Shown here: piece after piece, positions 43,502 through 54,009 of the stretch | Position numbering within the stretch: position 1 is the first letter of the stretch | Layout of the letters: every line of letters begins with the position of its first letter | Assembly: GCA_038208855.1 (NCBI GenBank) | Contig: JBBQYH010000001.1 | Coordinates: 1-54,417, forward strand | DNA length: 54,417 bases | Reading direction: 5' to 3' | Source of the DNA: Burkholderiales bacterium | GTDB lineage: Bacteria > Pseudomonadota > Gammaproteobacteria > Burkholderiales > Gallionellaceae | Notes under the pieces: model-generated | Databases searched by the model: none | Told to the model about the DNA's origin: nothing | The model's input: the letters and a program-made list of their open reading frames with translations, nothing else | Program-made: the position numbers and the translations under genes

Positions 43502-44590
43502 CTAAACCAAACGTTGATACATGCCTCCGGCCAGGGTTGCAATCTGTCCATCCAGCTCAAGTTGTAATAGGATGGCGGATAGCGCTTCAACCGTCAAGCC
43601 GCTCAGTTGACTCAAGCTGTCAAGATCAATAGGGTCAAAGCCCAAATAAGCAAAAATTGGGTGGGGATTTTGCTTGCTGGATGAATTATTGGCGGCAGAC
43701 GACAACCACCCCAGTTCATCGAGGATATCGGCAGGATTTTCCACCAGTTTGGCACCCTGCTTGATCAGCGCATGGCAGCCCTTGGCCTGTGGCGAGTGGA
43801 TAGAGCCGGGTATGGCAAAAACTTCGCGTCCCTGTTCCAGTGCCATGCGTGCGGTGATAAGCGAACCGCTTTGCATGGAAGCTTCCACAACCAGACATCC
43901 CAAACTCAGCCCGCTGATAATACGGTTGCGCCTGGGGAAATTTTGCGCCAGCGGCGGCATGCCCAGGGGAAATTCCGAAATCAGCGTGCCATTTTTTGCC
44001 AATTGGTGTGCCAATTCACGGTTGGAGGTAGGGTAAACCCTGTCCAGGCCGGTGCCTACAACGGCAATACTGCTAGCCTGTGCGCGCAGCCCACCTACAT
44101 GGGCGGCGGTATCTACGCCTTGGGCCATACCGCTGACAACGCATAAACCAGTTTCACTCAGAGCTTGCGCAAAGGTTTCGGCATTGCGTATTCCCTGGGC
44201 AGTTGCGTTGCGACTACCCACTATCGCTAGAGAAGAACGATTGAGTAAATCTAGGCGACCTTTTACATAAAGCAAAAAAGGTGGGTCGGGGATATTGAGG
44301 AGGGCTTGCGGGTATTCTTCATCAGCCAGCGTAATGATATGATTCGATTCATCTGCAAGCCATAACATGGCTTGCATGATAAAGTCCTTATTATCCTCAT
44401 GATTATCCTCATGCTTGCAGATAACGCTGGCTATGGCAGGTTTTACAATTTGCTGGAGAGATGACAGGGGTGCAGCAAAGATGGCGGTAGGTGAGCCAAA
44501 GGCTTGTAATAAGCGGCGGGCATTTTCATTGCCTAAACCGGAAACCTGGCTTAGCTTTAGCCATGCAGCAAGTTCAACATCCGCAGCCAT
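43502..44590 (-). CDS. dprA: DNA processing/protecting protein DprA (Smf)
   Basis: Rossmann-like core AIVGSRNAT...SGMAQGVDTAAH...VVEA..SGSLITA. 362 aa. Confidence 0.92.
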   Translation of the reverse strand: MAADVELAAWLKLSQVSGLGNENARRLLQAFGSPTAIFAAPLSSLQQIVKPAIASVICKHEDNHEDNKDFIMQAMLWLADESNHIITLADEEYPQALLNIPDPPFLLYVKGRLDLLNRSSLAIVGSRNATAQGIRNAETFAQALSETGLCVVSGMAQGVDTAAHVGGLRAQASSIAVVGTGLDRVYPTSNRELAHQLAKNGTLISEFPLGMPPLAQNFPRRNRIISGLSLGCLVVEASMQSGSLITARMALEQGREVFAIPGSIHSPQAKGCHALIKQGAKLVENPADILDELGWLSSAANNSSSKQNPHPIFAYLGFDPIDLDSLSQLSGLTVEALSAILLQLELDGQIATLAGGMYQRLV

Positions 44591-44593
44591 AAG

Positions 44594-45670
44594 TCACGGC
44601 GTTTCTGCAGAATCCAGTAATTGAACAGTGCGTTGTACTTCCATGACCAAGGCATAGGAAACCTTATCAAAAGTACGGAAGATGAATATCAGCCCATAAC
44701 GCATAGCGGGCAAGGTATAGGACTCGCCCTTGTATTTTGAAATTTCACTTTCCTTGAATAAAGCGAGTACATGCCCATTTTCAAGGCCGTCGCGCCTGCC
44801 TTTGTTGATGGTAATAACAGCATTTTGGCCCGCTTGATCAACACCGCCATATATTGATATTACTTTGGCCTTGATTTTAAAAGGCGGGGATCGAGGAATA
44901 TAACTGTTGGGAAAGCCTTCCGAAGTCTGGATAAAATTATCACCCTTCTGTATATCGAGAACAGACTTGGTAATATTTAATGTGGAAACCGAATCAAATT
45001 TAAGCACTCGGGCATCGCCCAGATAGATCGCTTCATAGCCTAGCGTTTGATCGGTATCCGGATCTATCAAAGCTTTGCCCGGACGATAAATTTGCCATAA
45101 AGGGCCTTTATCATTTGGCAGGCCAGTTGCAAAAGCGGTATCTCCGAAACTGAGCAGCGTGCGATTTTCAACAGAACCAATGAGTGTGGGAGCACCATCC
45201 ATCTCCTCATTTTCAATAATCAAAGGTTTGCTCAGAAATTGGGCAATCAGACTGGTAGGTATGCTGGCGATTGCATTGTGATCATTGTCCATGACGCGAA
45301 TTTTGGGCAAATATTTCTGGATTTTTGTATCGGGTATATTTTCTATACTTGCCGGAACAGCCGGTACTAAAGCTGTTTCAGCGGGTGTTAGAGGAACTAT
45401 TTGTTCACCAAAATGCAGTGTGTTGGTAGCATGATCAAGCATGACCACGTTACCCGGATAGATCCAGTGCGGATCCTTGATTGTATCTTTGTTAAAACCC
45501 CAGATTTGCGGCCACTTCCATGGGTCCTTGAAAAACTTGTTGGATATATCCCACAGGGTATCGCCTTTGACAACCACATAGCGATCCGGAGCATTTTCAC
45601 GTACAACCAATTCATCTGCATAAGCGAGAATAGGCAAAAGAATGCAAATCAGCGATATAATCTTGCGCAT
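44594..45670 (-). CDS. LysM peptidoglycan-binding domain protein
   Basis: Signal peptide MRKIISLICILLPILAYA and a LysM motif YVVVKGDTLWDISNKFFKDPWKWPQIW. The start is set at ATG 45670. Confidence 0.8.
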   Translation of the reverse strand: MRKIISLICILLPILAYADELVVRENAPDRYVVVKGDTLWDISNKFFKDPWKWPQIWGFNKDTIKDPHWIYPGNVVMLDHATNTLHFGEQIVPLTPAETALVPAVPASIENIPDTKIQKYLPKIRVMDNDHNAIASIPTSLIAQFLSKPLIIENEEMDGAPTLIGSVENRTLLSFGDTAFATGLPNDKGPLWQIYRPGKALIDPDTDQTLGYEAIYLGDARVLKFDSVSTLNITKSVLDIQKGDNFIQTSEGFPNSYIPRSPPFKIKAKVISIYGGVDQAGQNAVITINKGRRDGLENGHVLALFKESEISKYKGESYTLPAMRYGLIFIFRTFDKVSYALVMEVQRTVQLLDSAETP

Positions 45671-45760
45671 GAAAAAACCCCAGCAAAGTAATGGAATACT
45701 GTGCAATGTTCGCACAACTGTTTAAATTTTGCATCTAGTCTCTTAAATTAGCAAGCTATT

Positions 45761-46264
45761 ATGGCGATACTTAAAATAATTCAATACCCGGATGACCGTC
45801 TGCATAAAGTTGCAACAAAAGTTGATGCGGTCACAGATGCTACGCGTAAACTGATAAACGATATGGCTGAAACCATGTATGCCGCTCCCGGGGTGGGATT
45901 GGCTGCGACGCAGGTTGATGTGCATCAGCGCATCATAGTGGTGGATACATCAGAACTTGGCGACAATCTGATGGCGTTCATCAATCCGGAAATAATCGGC
46001 AAAGCAGGTGAAAGCGAGTTCGAGGAAGGCTGTTTGTCGGTGCCAGGAATATATGAAAAAGTACATCGTGCCGAACAAATTACGGTCAAGGCGCTTAATC
46101 GCCAGGGGGAGTTGTTCACCTTGGAAGCAAGCGGATTATTGGCCGTCTGCATACAACATGAAATGGACCATCTGCTGGGTAAAGTCTTTGTAGAATATTT
46201 GTCTCAACTAAAACAAACTCGCATACGTTTGAAATTGAAAAAACGCAAGCGCGAAATAATGTAG
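45761..46264 (+). CDS. def: Peptide deformylase
   Basis: [14 protein letters not shown] and HEMDHL metal motifs. 167 aa. Confidence 0.96.
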   Translation: MAILKIIQYPDDRLHKVATKVDAVTDATRKLINDMAETMYAAPGVGLAATQVDVHQRIIVVDTSELGDNLMAFINPEIIGKAGESEFEEGCLSVPGIYEKVHRAEQITVKALNRQGELFTLEASGLLAVCIQHEMDHLLGKVFVEYLSQLKQTRIRLKLKKRKREIM

Positions 46265-46276
46265 ACAGGATATTAC

Positions 46277-47212
46277 TTGAGAATTATTTTTGCAGGTACG
46301 CCTGACTTTGCAGCAAGTGCGCTGGCAGCCTTGCTTGATAGCGAGCATAAAGTGGCTGCGGTATTATCCCAACCTGATCGACCTGCGGGTCGAGGCTTGC
46401 AATTATCACAAAGTCCGGTGAAACAGCTGGCGTTACGTCACCATATTCCGGTATTGCAACCTTCATCCTTAAAAAACACCGAGATTCAAGCTCAACTTGC
46501 CGAATATAACGCCGATGTGATGATCGTTGCGGCCTATGGCTTGATTTTGCCGCTAGCCGTATTGCAAATGCCGCGCTATGGTTGTTTGAACATACATGCG
46601 TCATTATTGCCCAGATGGCGTGGGGCTGCGCCTATACAGCGCGCGTTGCTGGCAGGCGACAGTGAAACGGGAATTACCATTATGCAAATGGACGAAGGCC
46701 TGGATACAGGCGCCATGTTGCTGAAACAAAATTGCCCGATCAGCCTCCACGACACTGCGCAGACATTACATGACAAACTGGAAAAGCTCGGTGCCGAGTC
46801 TATTATTGCAACCTTGGACCTGCTAGAAACAGGTAATTTGAGGCCTGTTGTACAGGACAGTACTGCCGCAACCTATGCTGCAAAAATAAGCAAGGCAGAA
46901 GCACAGTTGGACTGGAAGCTAACTGCTGCTGAATTGGCAAGAGCGATTCGTGCATACAATCCCTTTCCCGGTGCATATGCTTTATTAAATGGCTTGCAGA
47001 TAAAAATATGGCAGGCAACGGAAGATAACGTCGAATTAGCAGGTACAGCCGGTAGCGTAGTTGAAATCAGCAAACAAGGTATTAAAGTCGCCTGTGGCAA
47101 AGGTGTATTGCAACTTGAAGTATTGCAAAAACCCGGTGGCAAGGCACTCCCTGCCGTTCAGTTTGTTCAGGGCTTCAAGCTCAATGTCGGCGACAGCCTA
47201 ACTTCGCCCTGA
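46277..47212 (+). CDS. fmt: Methionyl-tRNA formyltransferase
   Basis: (M)RIIFAGTPDFA, HASLLPRWRGAAPI. TTG start with CAGGA 6 nt upstream. 311 aa. Confidence 0.95.
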   Translation: MRIIFAGTPDFAASALAALLDSEHKVAAVLSQPDRPAGRGLQLSQSPVKQLALRHHIPVLQPSSLKNTEIQAQLAEYNADVMIVAAYGLILPLAVLQMPRYGCLNIHASLLPRWRGAAPIQRALLAGDSETGITIMQMDEGLDTGAMLLKQNCPISLHDTAQTLHDKLEKLGAESIIATLDLLETGNLRPVVQDSTAATYAAKISKAEAQLDWKLTAAELARAIRAYNPFPGAYALLNGLQIKIWQATEDNVELAGTAGSVVEISKQGIKVACGKGVLQLEVLQKPGGKALPAVQFVQGFKLNVGDSLTSP

Positions 47213-47213
47213 T

Positions 47214-48485
47214 ATGGATAACATACAGCTAGCAGCTGCATCAGTTATCAGCAAGGTATTGCATGGTCGCAACCTTACCCAGGTATTGAGCGAAGAATTG
47301 GCCGCAGCAAAAGAATTTACTCCCCAGCAAAAAGGCGCTTTGCAAGATTTAAGTTATGGGACACTGCGTTTTTATGGTCAACTGGCAAGCGTTCTTGATG
47401 CATTGTTAAACAAGCCGATTGAGGATGAGCAGATACGCTATTTGCTGCTAATAGCATTGTATCAATTGAATTACAGCAAGGCTGCCAGGCATGCAGTGGT
47501 GGATTTTGCAGTGAAAGCAGTACGTAAAATAAAACCTTCAACCAGCGGACTGGTGAATGCAGTATTAAGAAATTTTTTACGCAACCAGGCAAAATTGTTG
47601 GCCACAGCCAAACTGACGGATGAAGGACTTTATTCCTATCCGGCTTGGTGGATCAAGGAAATTAAATTGCAGTATGGAACGGCAGCAGTAGAAATATTGT
47701 TGGCCGGCAACCAGCATCCACCTATGACCTTGCGCGTTAACCGCAGACAAACAAGCACTGCCGCTTACTTGAAACTGCTGACGCAAAATAACATAGGGGC
47801 GCAATTGATCGCACCGGATGCCATACTATTGGAGCATCCGCTTATGGTGGAGAGGTTACCGGGATTTTTTGAAGGGCTTGTTTCGGTACAGGACGCGGGT
47901 GCACAATATGCAGCAGGTTTTCTGGATATTGCAGATGGCATGCGTGTACTTGATGCCTGCGCGGCACCGGGCGGCAAGAGTTCACATATGCTTGAGCTGG
48001 CACACATAGAGTTACATGCCCTGGATAAGGATGCGCAGCGACTTGAGCGGGTGCGTGAGAATGTGCAGCGTTTACACTTGCCGGCAAATCTGATTAGGGG
48101 TGATGCAGCCCAGACACAAGATTGGTGGGATGGGATACTCTATCAGCGTATTCTGGCCGATGTGCCCTGCTCGGCTACAGGCGTAGTGCGCAGACATCCG
48201 GACATTAAATGGTTGCGCCGAGCGGCAGACATAGACATATTTGCAAAACAACAATTGCAAATTTTGACTTCTTTGTGGGCCGTGTTGCAATCGGGGGGGA
48301 AAATGCTTTATGCAACCTGCTCGGTATTCGGGCAGGAAAATCAGCAATTGGTTGATATGTTTTTGCGGCAACAGCCCGATGCAACGCAATTGTTGTTAAG
48401 CGCTACCGATATGCATGCCGGTCAAATTTTGCCAAATGATCAGCACGATGGATTTTTTTACGCCTTACTTTACAAGCAGCCTTAG
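47214..48485 (+). CDS. rsmB: 16S rRNA (cytosine967-C5)-methyltransferase
   Basis: NusB-like N-domain, SAM motif DACAAPGGKS, catalytic DVPCSATGV and TCS. 423 aa. Confidence 0.93.
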   Translation: MDNIQLAAASVISKVLHGRNLTQVLSEELAAAKEFTPQQKGALQDLSYGTLRFYGQLASVLDALLNKPIEDEQIRYLLLIALYQLNYSKAARHAVVDFAVKAVRKIKPSTSGLVNAVLRNFLRNQAKLLATAKLTDEGLYSYPAWWIKEIKLQYGTAAVEILLAGNQHPPMTLRVNRRQTSTAAYLKLLTQNNIGAQLIAPDAILLEHPLMVERLPGFFEGLVSVQDAGAQYAAGFLDIADGMRVLDACAAPGGKSSHMLELAHIELHALDKDAQRLERVRENVQRLHLPANLIRGDAAQTQDWWDGILYQRILADVPCSATGVVRRHPDIKWLRRAADIDIFAKQQLQILTSLWAVLQSGGKMLYATCSVFGQENQQLVDMFLRQQPDATQLLLSATDMHAGQILPNDQHDGFFYALLYKQP

Positions 48486-48488
48486 TGT

Positions 48489-49094
48489 ATGCGGATTATT
48501 CTGATTTTATTGGTTATCAGTCTGTTATCACCCCTACAAGCGAATGCCGACGGCATAGTTGTGCGCAAAGCTGAGATACGCATGACGGGCGATGGTTTTC
48601 AATTGGCTGCCAATTTTGATATCAGGTTGACGTTGCTGTTAGAAGAGGCGCTTACTCATGGAATTACATTAAACTTCTTGAGTGAATTTACTTTAACCCG
48701 TTCGCGCTGGTATTGGTTTGATGAAGTTGCCACTAAAACAGAACAAACTACCAAGCTCAGTTATAACGCCTTGACCCAGCAGTTCAGACTGAAGCGCGGC
48801 AGTATCTTTCAAAATTTCGCCAGTCTGGATGATGCCCTGCGTGCATTGGGAAATCAATCCTCGGATTTCATCCCGGAGAATTTATTTCACAAAAACAATG
48901 GATATATAGCCTCGCTGTTGTCGACCAAACCAAACTATACCGCTTATGCACGCATGAGACTGGACGTAACCCAGCTACCCAAACCGTTGCAGGTTAACGC
49001 GTTAACCAGCGATGAGTGGAAACTGGATTCGGAAGGTTATAGCTGGATGCTTGCTACCGATGAACTGGAGCAAGCACGGAAAGAGTCGCAATGA
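48489..49094 (+). CDS. DUF4390 domain protein
   Basis: Signal peptide and the motif LEEALTHGITLNFLSEFTLTRSRWYWFDE. It occupies the conserved position between rsmB and ntrY, as recalled for Betaproteobacteria. Confidence 0.7.
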   Translation: MRIILILLVISLLSPLQANADGIVVRKAEIRMTGDGFQLAANFDIRLTLLLEEALTHGITLNFLSEFTLTRSRWYWFDEVATKTEQTTKLSYNALTQQFRLKRGSIFQNFASLDDALRALGNQSSDFIPENLFHKNNGYIASLLSTKPNYTAYARMRLDVTQLPKPLQVNALTSDEWKLDSEGYSWMLATDELEQARKESQ

Positions 49095-51220
49095 AATACA
49101 TGATATTTATCAGCGGCTTGATAGGTGTTTTCCTACTATATCTGTTATCCAGTGCGAGTGCAAATACCGATTTATTTTCACGCAATTACTATACTTTGCT
49201 GTCCCTCGCGGGTTTGTTGGCGCTCTGTCTGGCTGCGTTGATAGGCTATCAATTGTGGCAGTTACGCGCAAAGATCAAGGCGCAGGTTTTTGGTGCCAAA
49301 TTGACTTTGCGTTTGGCGCTGTTTTTTTCACTTATTGCGATTTTGCCGGGTTTGCTTGTATATTCTGTTTCAGTACAGTTTTTGGGGAAAAGCATAGAGT
49401 CATGGTTTGATGTGCGCGTAGAAAAAGCTTTAGAAGGCGGCTTGAATCTCGGGCGCAGGTCACTGGATAACGGCCTGCAGGAACTGGCTAAAAAAGGCAA
49501 ATTTATCGCTATTATATTGGCCGAACAAAACGCTGATCGTCATGCCGGTACCTTGGGCCGCTTGATAGAGGAAGGAACCGCCCAAGAAGTTTCAGTGTTT
49601 TCCATGCACGGCAAGTTGCTTGCAAATAAATCCAGTAACAACCTCGCTCTGGATATACCTGATGCCGCTACCCTGCAGCTGGTGATCAAGCAGGGCCAGC
49701 TAAGTGTTGTTGATACCCTGCCGGACAACACGCTTATATTGAGAGTGCTGGTATCCGTTAAATCCACTCAGGCAATGCGGGAGCCGCGGGTACTGCAGCT
49801 TATACAGCCGGTTTCCAAACAATTAGCAGAGGATACCGACACCGTTCAGTCTGTGTATCGTGATTATCAGGAATTGTCACTCTCGCGCATAGGATTAAAG
49901 CGCTTGTATGGAATTACTCTGACACTTTCATTATTGATAGTATTGCTCAGTGCGGTTTCAGCGGCGTTTTTTTTGAGCGCCCGCCTGAGTGCGCCTTTGG
50001 CGGCATTGGCGGAAGGTACACGTGCAGTGGCACAGGGTGATTTCAGCGGAAATTATCCGGTGCAAAGCAGAGATGAGTTGGGCGCTTTGACAGGTTTGTT
50101 TAATCAAATGACGGCACAATTGTCGGACGCAAAAAAACTGAGTGAAAGACAACAGCGTCTGGTTAACAAATCAAAAGTATATCTGGAAAGTGTGCTTACG
50201 CATTTGTCATCAGGTGTACTTGTTGTGGACGAACAGTTTAGATTGCGTTCGGCTAATACCAGTTCAGAGCAAATCCTTGGGGTATCGCTTCTGGATTTGC
50301 GCGGGGTTCCTCTGTCGGCATTGAGCATGCAATACAAATTGCTGCGGCCATTTACAGATGCAGTAATGCATGCATTTGCCGAGTCAACGGAAAATGATTG
50401 GAGACTTCAACTTGAGCGCATGAGTAAAAACGGCAAGCAGATGTTGCTGCTAAGGGGTACACGCTTGTCTACAACGGAAGAAACGGGTTATGTTGTTGTA
50501 TTTGATGATATAACATATTTGTTGCAAGCCGAACGCCAGGCCGCCTGGGGTGAAGTAGCGCGCAGATTGGCGCATGAAATCAAAAATCCTTTAACGCCCA
50601 TACAGCTTTCAGCGGAGCGTCTGCAATACAAATTGAATTCTAAACTTAATATTGAAGATGCAAAGTTACTCCAACGCGCAACGCAAACGATAGTCAGTCA
50701 GGTGGCGGCAATGAAAAAAATGGTGATGGAATTTGCAGACTATGCCAGGGCCCCCGCGGTTCAGTTGGCGGCATTGGATTTTCATCTGTTGCTGAATGAG
50801 GTAATGGGTCTGTATGAAGCTAATACCAGCCCGATTACGTTGCAACTTACCGCAACGCATACTTATATCAACGGTGATGCGACTCGTTTGAGACAAGTTA
50901 TACACAACCTCTTGCATAATGCACATGATGCAATAAAAAATCAGACACACCGTCAAATAATCCTGCGCACAGAAGACTATCAAAATAGTATCAAAATAAG
51001 TGTGCTGGACAATGGCATAGGATTCCCCGAGCACCTGGTTGATCGCGCATTTGAACCGTATGTGACTACCAAAGACAAGGGCACAGGTCTGGGCCTGCCC
51101 ATAGTCAAAAAAATTGTAGAAGAACATGGGGGTGCAATTTCAATCGAGAATAGAACGGCCGGCGGAACTTGCATCAGTATAGTTCTGCCGTTGTTGAGTG
51201 AAGATGAGGTGCTGGCATAA
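49091..51220 (+). CDS. ntrY: NtrY-like sensor histidine kinase (TM-HAMP-PAS-HisKA-HATPase)
   Basis: N-terminal TM segments, a HAMP region, the H-box HEIKNPLTPIQLSAERL, and N/G boxes (NLLHNAHDA, DNGIGF, GTGLGL). 709 aa. Confidence 0.8.
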   Translation: MKYMIFISGLIGVFLLYLLSSASANTDLFSRNYYTLLSLAGLLALCLAALIGYQLWQLRAKIKAQVFGAKLTLRLALFFSLIAILPGLLVYSVSVQFLGKSIESWFDVRVEKALEGGLNLGRRSLDNGLQELAKKGKFIAIILAEQNADRHAGTLGRLIEEGTAQEVSVFSMHGKLLANKSSNNLALDIPDAATLQLVIKQGQLSVVDTLPDNTLILRVLVSVKSTQAMREPRVLQLIQPVSKQLAEDTDTVQSVYRDYQELSLSRIGLKRLYGITLTLSLLIVLLSAVSAAFFLSARLSAPLAALAEGTRAVAQGDFSGNYPVQSRDELGALTGLFNQMTAQLSDAKKLSERQQRLVNKSKVYLESVLTHLSSGVLVVDEQFRLRSANTSSEQILGVSLLDLRGVPLSALSMQYKLLRPFTDAVMHAFAESTENDWRLQLERMSKNGKQMLLLRGTRLSTTEETGYVVVFDDITYLLQAERQAAWGEVARRLAHEIKNPLTPIQLSAERLQYKLNSKLNIEDAKLLQRATQTIVSQVAAMKKMVMEFADYARAPAVQLAALDFHLLLNEVMGLYEANTSPITLQLTATHTYINGDATRLRQVIHNLLHNAHDAIKNQTHRQIILRTEDYQNSIKISVLDNGIGFPEHLVDRAFEPYVTTKDKGTGLGLPIVKKIVEEHGGAISIENRTAGGTCISIVLPLLSEDEVLA

Positions 51221-51852
51221 TGACAACCAAAGAAATATTGGTAGTAGACGATGAAGTGGGTATACGCGAATTGTTGTCAGAAATACTTTTTGATGAGGGA
51301 TATCAGGTGCATTTGGCGGAAAATGCACAACAGGCACGTGAATACCGCAAGAATAAAATTCCCGATTTGGTACTGCTGGATATCTGGATGCCGGATACCG
51401 ATGGTCTGAGCTTGTTAAAAGAATGGGTTGAGCAAGGTTTGCTAAATATGCCGGTAGTGATGATGTCTGGTCATGGCACCATAGAAACGGCATTGGAAGC
51501 AACAAGAATAGGCGCTGCGGATTTTCTGGAAAAACCCATTGCTTTGCAAAAACTGCTACATACAGTTGCATCGGTTATGCAGAAAGTTGTAAAACCCGAA
51601 ATCTTGAAAACACAAACTATAGAGTTAATTGAGAAGAGGATAAACAAACAGTTCCCGCTACCTCTGGATTTGTCATTACGTGAGGCAAGGGAGCATTTTG
51701 ACCGACTTTATTTTAATTATCAGATGGAAAAGGAAAATGGTAACGTTACCCGTGTTGCGGACAATATGGGAATAGAACGCACTCATTTGTACCGTAAACT
51801 CAAGCAACTTGGTATTAAAATGCAGAAAAAGGGCTTGGATACTGATCAATAG
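51220..51852 (+). CDS. NtrX-like response regulator, REC + Fis-type HTH only (no AAA+ domain)
   Basis: REC domain (ILVVDDE..., DLVLLDIWMPDTDG, KP) joined directly to NVTRVADNMGIERTHLYRKLKQLGI. Only 210 aa. TAATG overlap with ntrY. Confidence 0.75.
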   Translation: MTTKEILVVDDEVGIRELLSEILFDEGYQVHLAENAQQAREYRKNKIPDLVLLDIWMPDTDGLSLLKEWVEQGLLNMPVVMMSGHGTIETALEATRIGAADFLEKPIALQKLLHTVASVMQKVVKPEILKTQTIELIEKRINKQFPLPLDLSLREAREHFDRLYFNYQMEKENGNVTRVADNMGIERTHLYRKLKQLGIKMQKKGLDTDQ

Positions 51853-51868
51853 AGGCACTCAGTTGTAG

Positions 51869-51897
51869 TTGCCCAAAATACGATGGTACGGCATAAT
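51869..51897 (+). promoter_or_regulatory. Candidate sigma70 promoter for tkt-gap
   Basis: TTGCCC (51869-51874), a 17-nt spacer and CATAAT (51892-51897). AGGAGG lies 7 nt before the tkt ATG. Confidence 0.35.
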
Positions 51898-51962
51898 TAA
51901 AGGTTGGTGGGATATAAAATATAATGTAACCCGTAAAAGGCAGTTTTTAGGAGGCAGTAATT

Positions 51963-53978
51963 ATGGCTGTAGCGCGTAGTGTAAGACCCCCGAAGTTTAA
52001 TGATACAACTGGAGCAATTCGCGCATTGGCGATGGATGCCGTGCAAAAAGCCAATTCCGGCCATCCTGGTGCCCCCATGGGCATGGCGGAAATTGCCGAA
52101 GTGCTGTGGAATCACCATTTGCGTCACAATCCTGCCAATCCAAATTGGGCGGATCGTGACCGTTTTGTACAATCGAACGGTCATGGTTCCATGCTGATTT
52201 ATGCTTTGCTTCACCTGAGCGGCTACGATTTGCCAATGGAAGAGATCAAGCGTTTCCGCCAATTGCACTCCAAAACCCCGGGACATCCTGAATACGGCTA
52301 TACCGTGGGCGTAGAGACAACTACCGGCCCGTTGGGCCAAGGTATCACCAATGCAGTTGGTATGGCGATGGCTGAAAAACTGTTGGCGTTGGAATTTAAC
52401 CGCCCGGGTCATGACGTAGTAAATCATTACACGTATGTTTTTATGGGCGATGGTTGCTTGATGGAAGGTATATCCCACGAAGCCTGTTCATTGGCTGGCA
52501 CATGGGGTTTGGGCAAGTTGATCGCCTTCTGGGATGACAATGATATCTCCATCGACGGCCATGTGGGCGGCTGGTTTACAGATAATACGCCGATGCGCTT
52601 TGAGGCTTACGGTTGGCACGTGATTGCCGATGTTGAAGGTCATGACCCAGTTGAAATCGAGGCGGCAATTCAGGCCGCCAAATTGGTCACCGACAAGCCT
52701 ACGCTTATCTGCTGCAAGACAGTGATCGGCGCTGGTTCACCCAACAAAGAAGGTACACATGATGTGCACGGTGCAGCCTTGGGCGATGCAGAAGTTGCCG
52801 CTACCCGTGCTCATATCGGTTGGAACTACCCGCCCTTTGAAATACCCAAACATGTCTATCAGGCATGGGATGCGCGTACCAAAGGCGAAGGCCTGGAAAA
52901 GCTGTGGAACAACAATTTTGCTGAATACCGGACAAAGTTCCCGGAAGAAGCTGCGGAATTCGAGCGCCGCATGAAGGGCGATCTGCCTGCTGATTTTGCC
53001 AAGCATGCTGCCGAAATAATGAAGCAGATCAACGAAAAAGCAGAAACTATTGCAACACGCAAAGCATCTCAAAACGCAATTAATGCTTTAGTACCTGTGC
53101 TGCCTGAATTCCTCGGCGGATCAGCTGACTTGACGGGTTCCAACCTGACTAACTGGACAGGTGCCAAGCACGTGTTTGCCAAGAAACCGGGTAATTACAT
53201 TAGCTACGGTGTACGTGAATTCGGTATGTCGCATATTATGAACGGCATGGCATTACATGGCGGTCTGCTGCCTTTTGGTGGTACCTTCCTGATGTTCTCG
53301 GAATATGCACGTAATGCTTTGCGCATGGCGGCATTGATGAAGCAGCGCGTAATATGGGTGTTTACTCATGACTCCATCGGTTTGGGTGAAGACGGTCCTA
53401 CTCACCAGCCGGTAGAACAAACTTCCACGCTGCGTTACATCCCCAATATGGATGTTTGGCGTCCGTGCGATACAGTTGAGTCGGCGGCGTCATGGATTAA
53501 TGCCGTTGAGCGCAAGACAGGTCCTTCTTCTCTGATATTCAGTCGTCAGAACCTGGCTTTCCAGAAGCGTGATGCCAAGCAGATAGCAGATATACGCAAA
53601 GGTGCTTATGTGCTGTCCGAAGCAGCTAACGGCAAGCCACAGGCAATTATCATAGCCACGGGTTCTGAAGTTGGCCTGGCGATGGATGCGCAGAAAACCT
53701 TGGCCCAGGATGGTATTAACGTGCGCGTGGTATCCATGCCCTGTACAAATTTGTTTGACCGTCAGGAACAGGCATACAAGGACAGCGTCTTGCTTAAAGG
53801 CATCAAGCGCGTGGCAGTGGAAGCCGGCATCACGGGTTTCTGGCATAAATATGTAGGCTTGGAAGGTGCGGTAGTGGGTATGGATTGCTTCGGTGAGTCT
53901 GCCCCCGCCCCCGAATTGTTCAAGCATTTTGGCTTTACCACTGAGAATGTGGTTAAAACAGTTAAAAGCATACTATAA
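51963..53978 (+). CDS. tkt: Transketolase
   Basis: [23 protein letters not shown], the ThDP motif GDGCLMEG and [16 protein letters not shown]. 671 aa. Confidence 0.96.
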   Translation: MAVARSVRPPKFNDTTGAIRALAMDAVQKANSGHPGAPMGMAEIAEVLWNHHLRHNPANPNWADRDRFVQSNGHGSMLIYALLHLSGYDLPMEEIKRFRQLHSKTPGHPEYGYTVGVETTTGPLGQGITNAVGMAMAEKLLALEFNRPGHDVVNHYTYVFMGDGCLMEGISHEACSLAGTWGLGKLIAFWDDNDISIDGHVGGWFTDNTPMRFEAYGWHVIADVEGHDPVEIEAAIQAAKLVTDKPTLICCKTVIGAGSPNKEGTHDVHGAALGDAEVAATRAHIGWNYPPFEIPKHVYQAWDARTKGEGLEKLWNNNFAEYRTKFPEEAAEFERRMKGDLPADFAKHAAEIMKQINEKAETIATRKASQNAINALVPVLPEFLGGSADLTGSNLTNWTGAKHVFAKKPGNYISYGVREFGMSHIMNGMALHGGLLPFGGTFLMFSEYARNALRMAALMKQRVIWVFTHDSIGLGEDGPTHQPVEQTSTLRYIPNMDVWRPCDTVESAASWINAVERKTGPSSLIFSRQNLAFQKRDAKQIADIRKGAYVLSEAANGKPQAIIIATGSEVGLAMDAQKTLAQDGINVRVVSMPCTNLFDRQEQAYKDSVLLKGIKRVAVEAGITGFWHKYVGLEGAVVGMDCFGESAPAPELFKHFGFTTENVVKTVKSIL

Positions 53979-54009
53979 ATATAATTTCAATTAGAACGGG
54001 AGTTTCAAA

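Noticed and set aside
51897-52478. 193-aa minus-strand ORF at the 5' end of tkt.
   Set aside because: It is antisense to an unambiguous transketolase and has no motifs.
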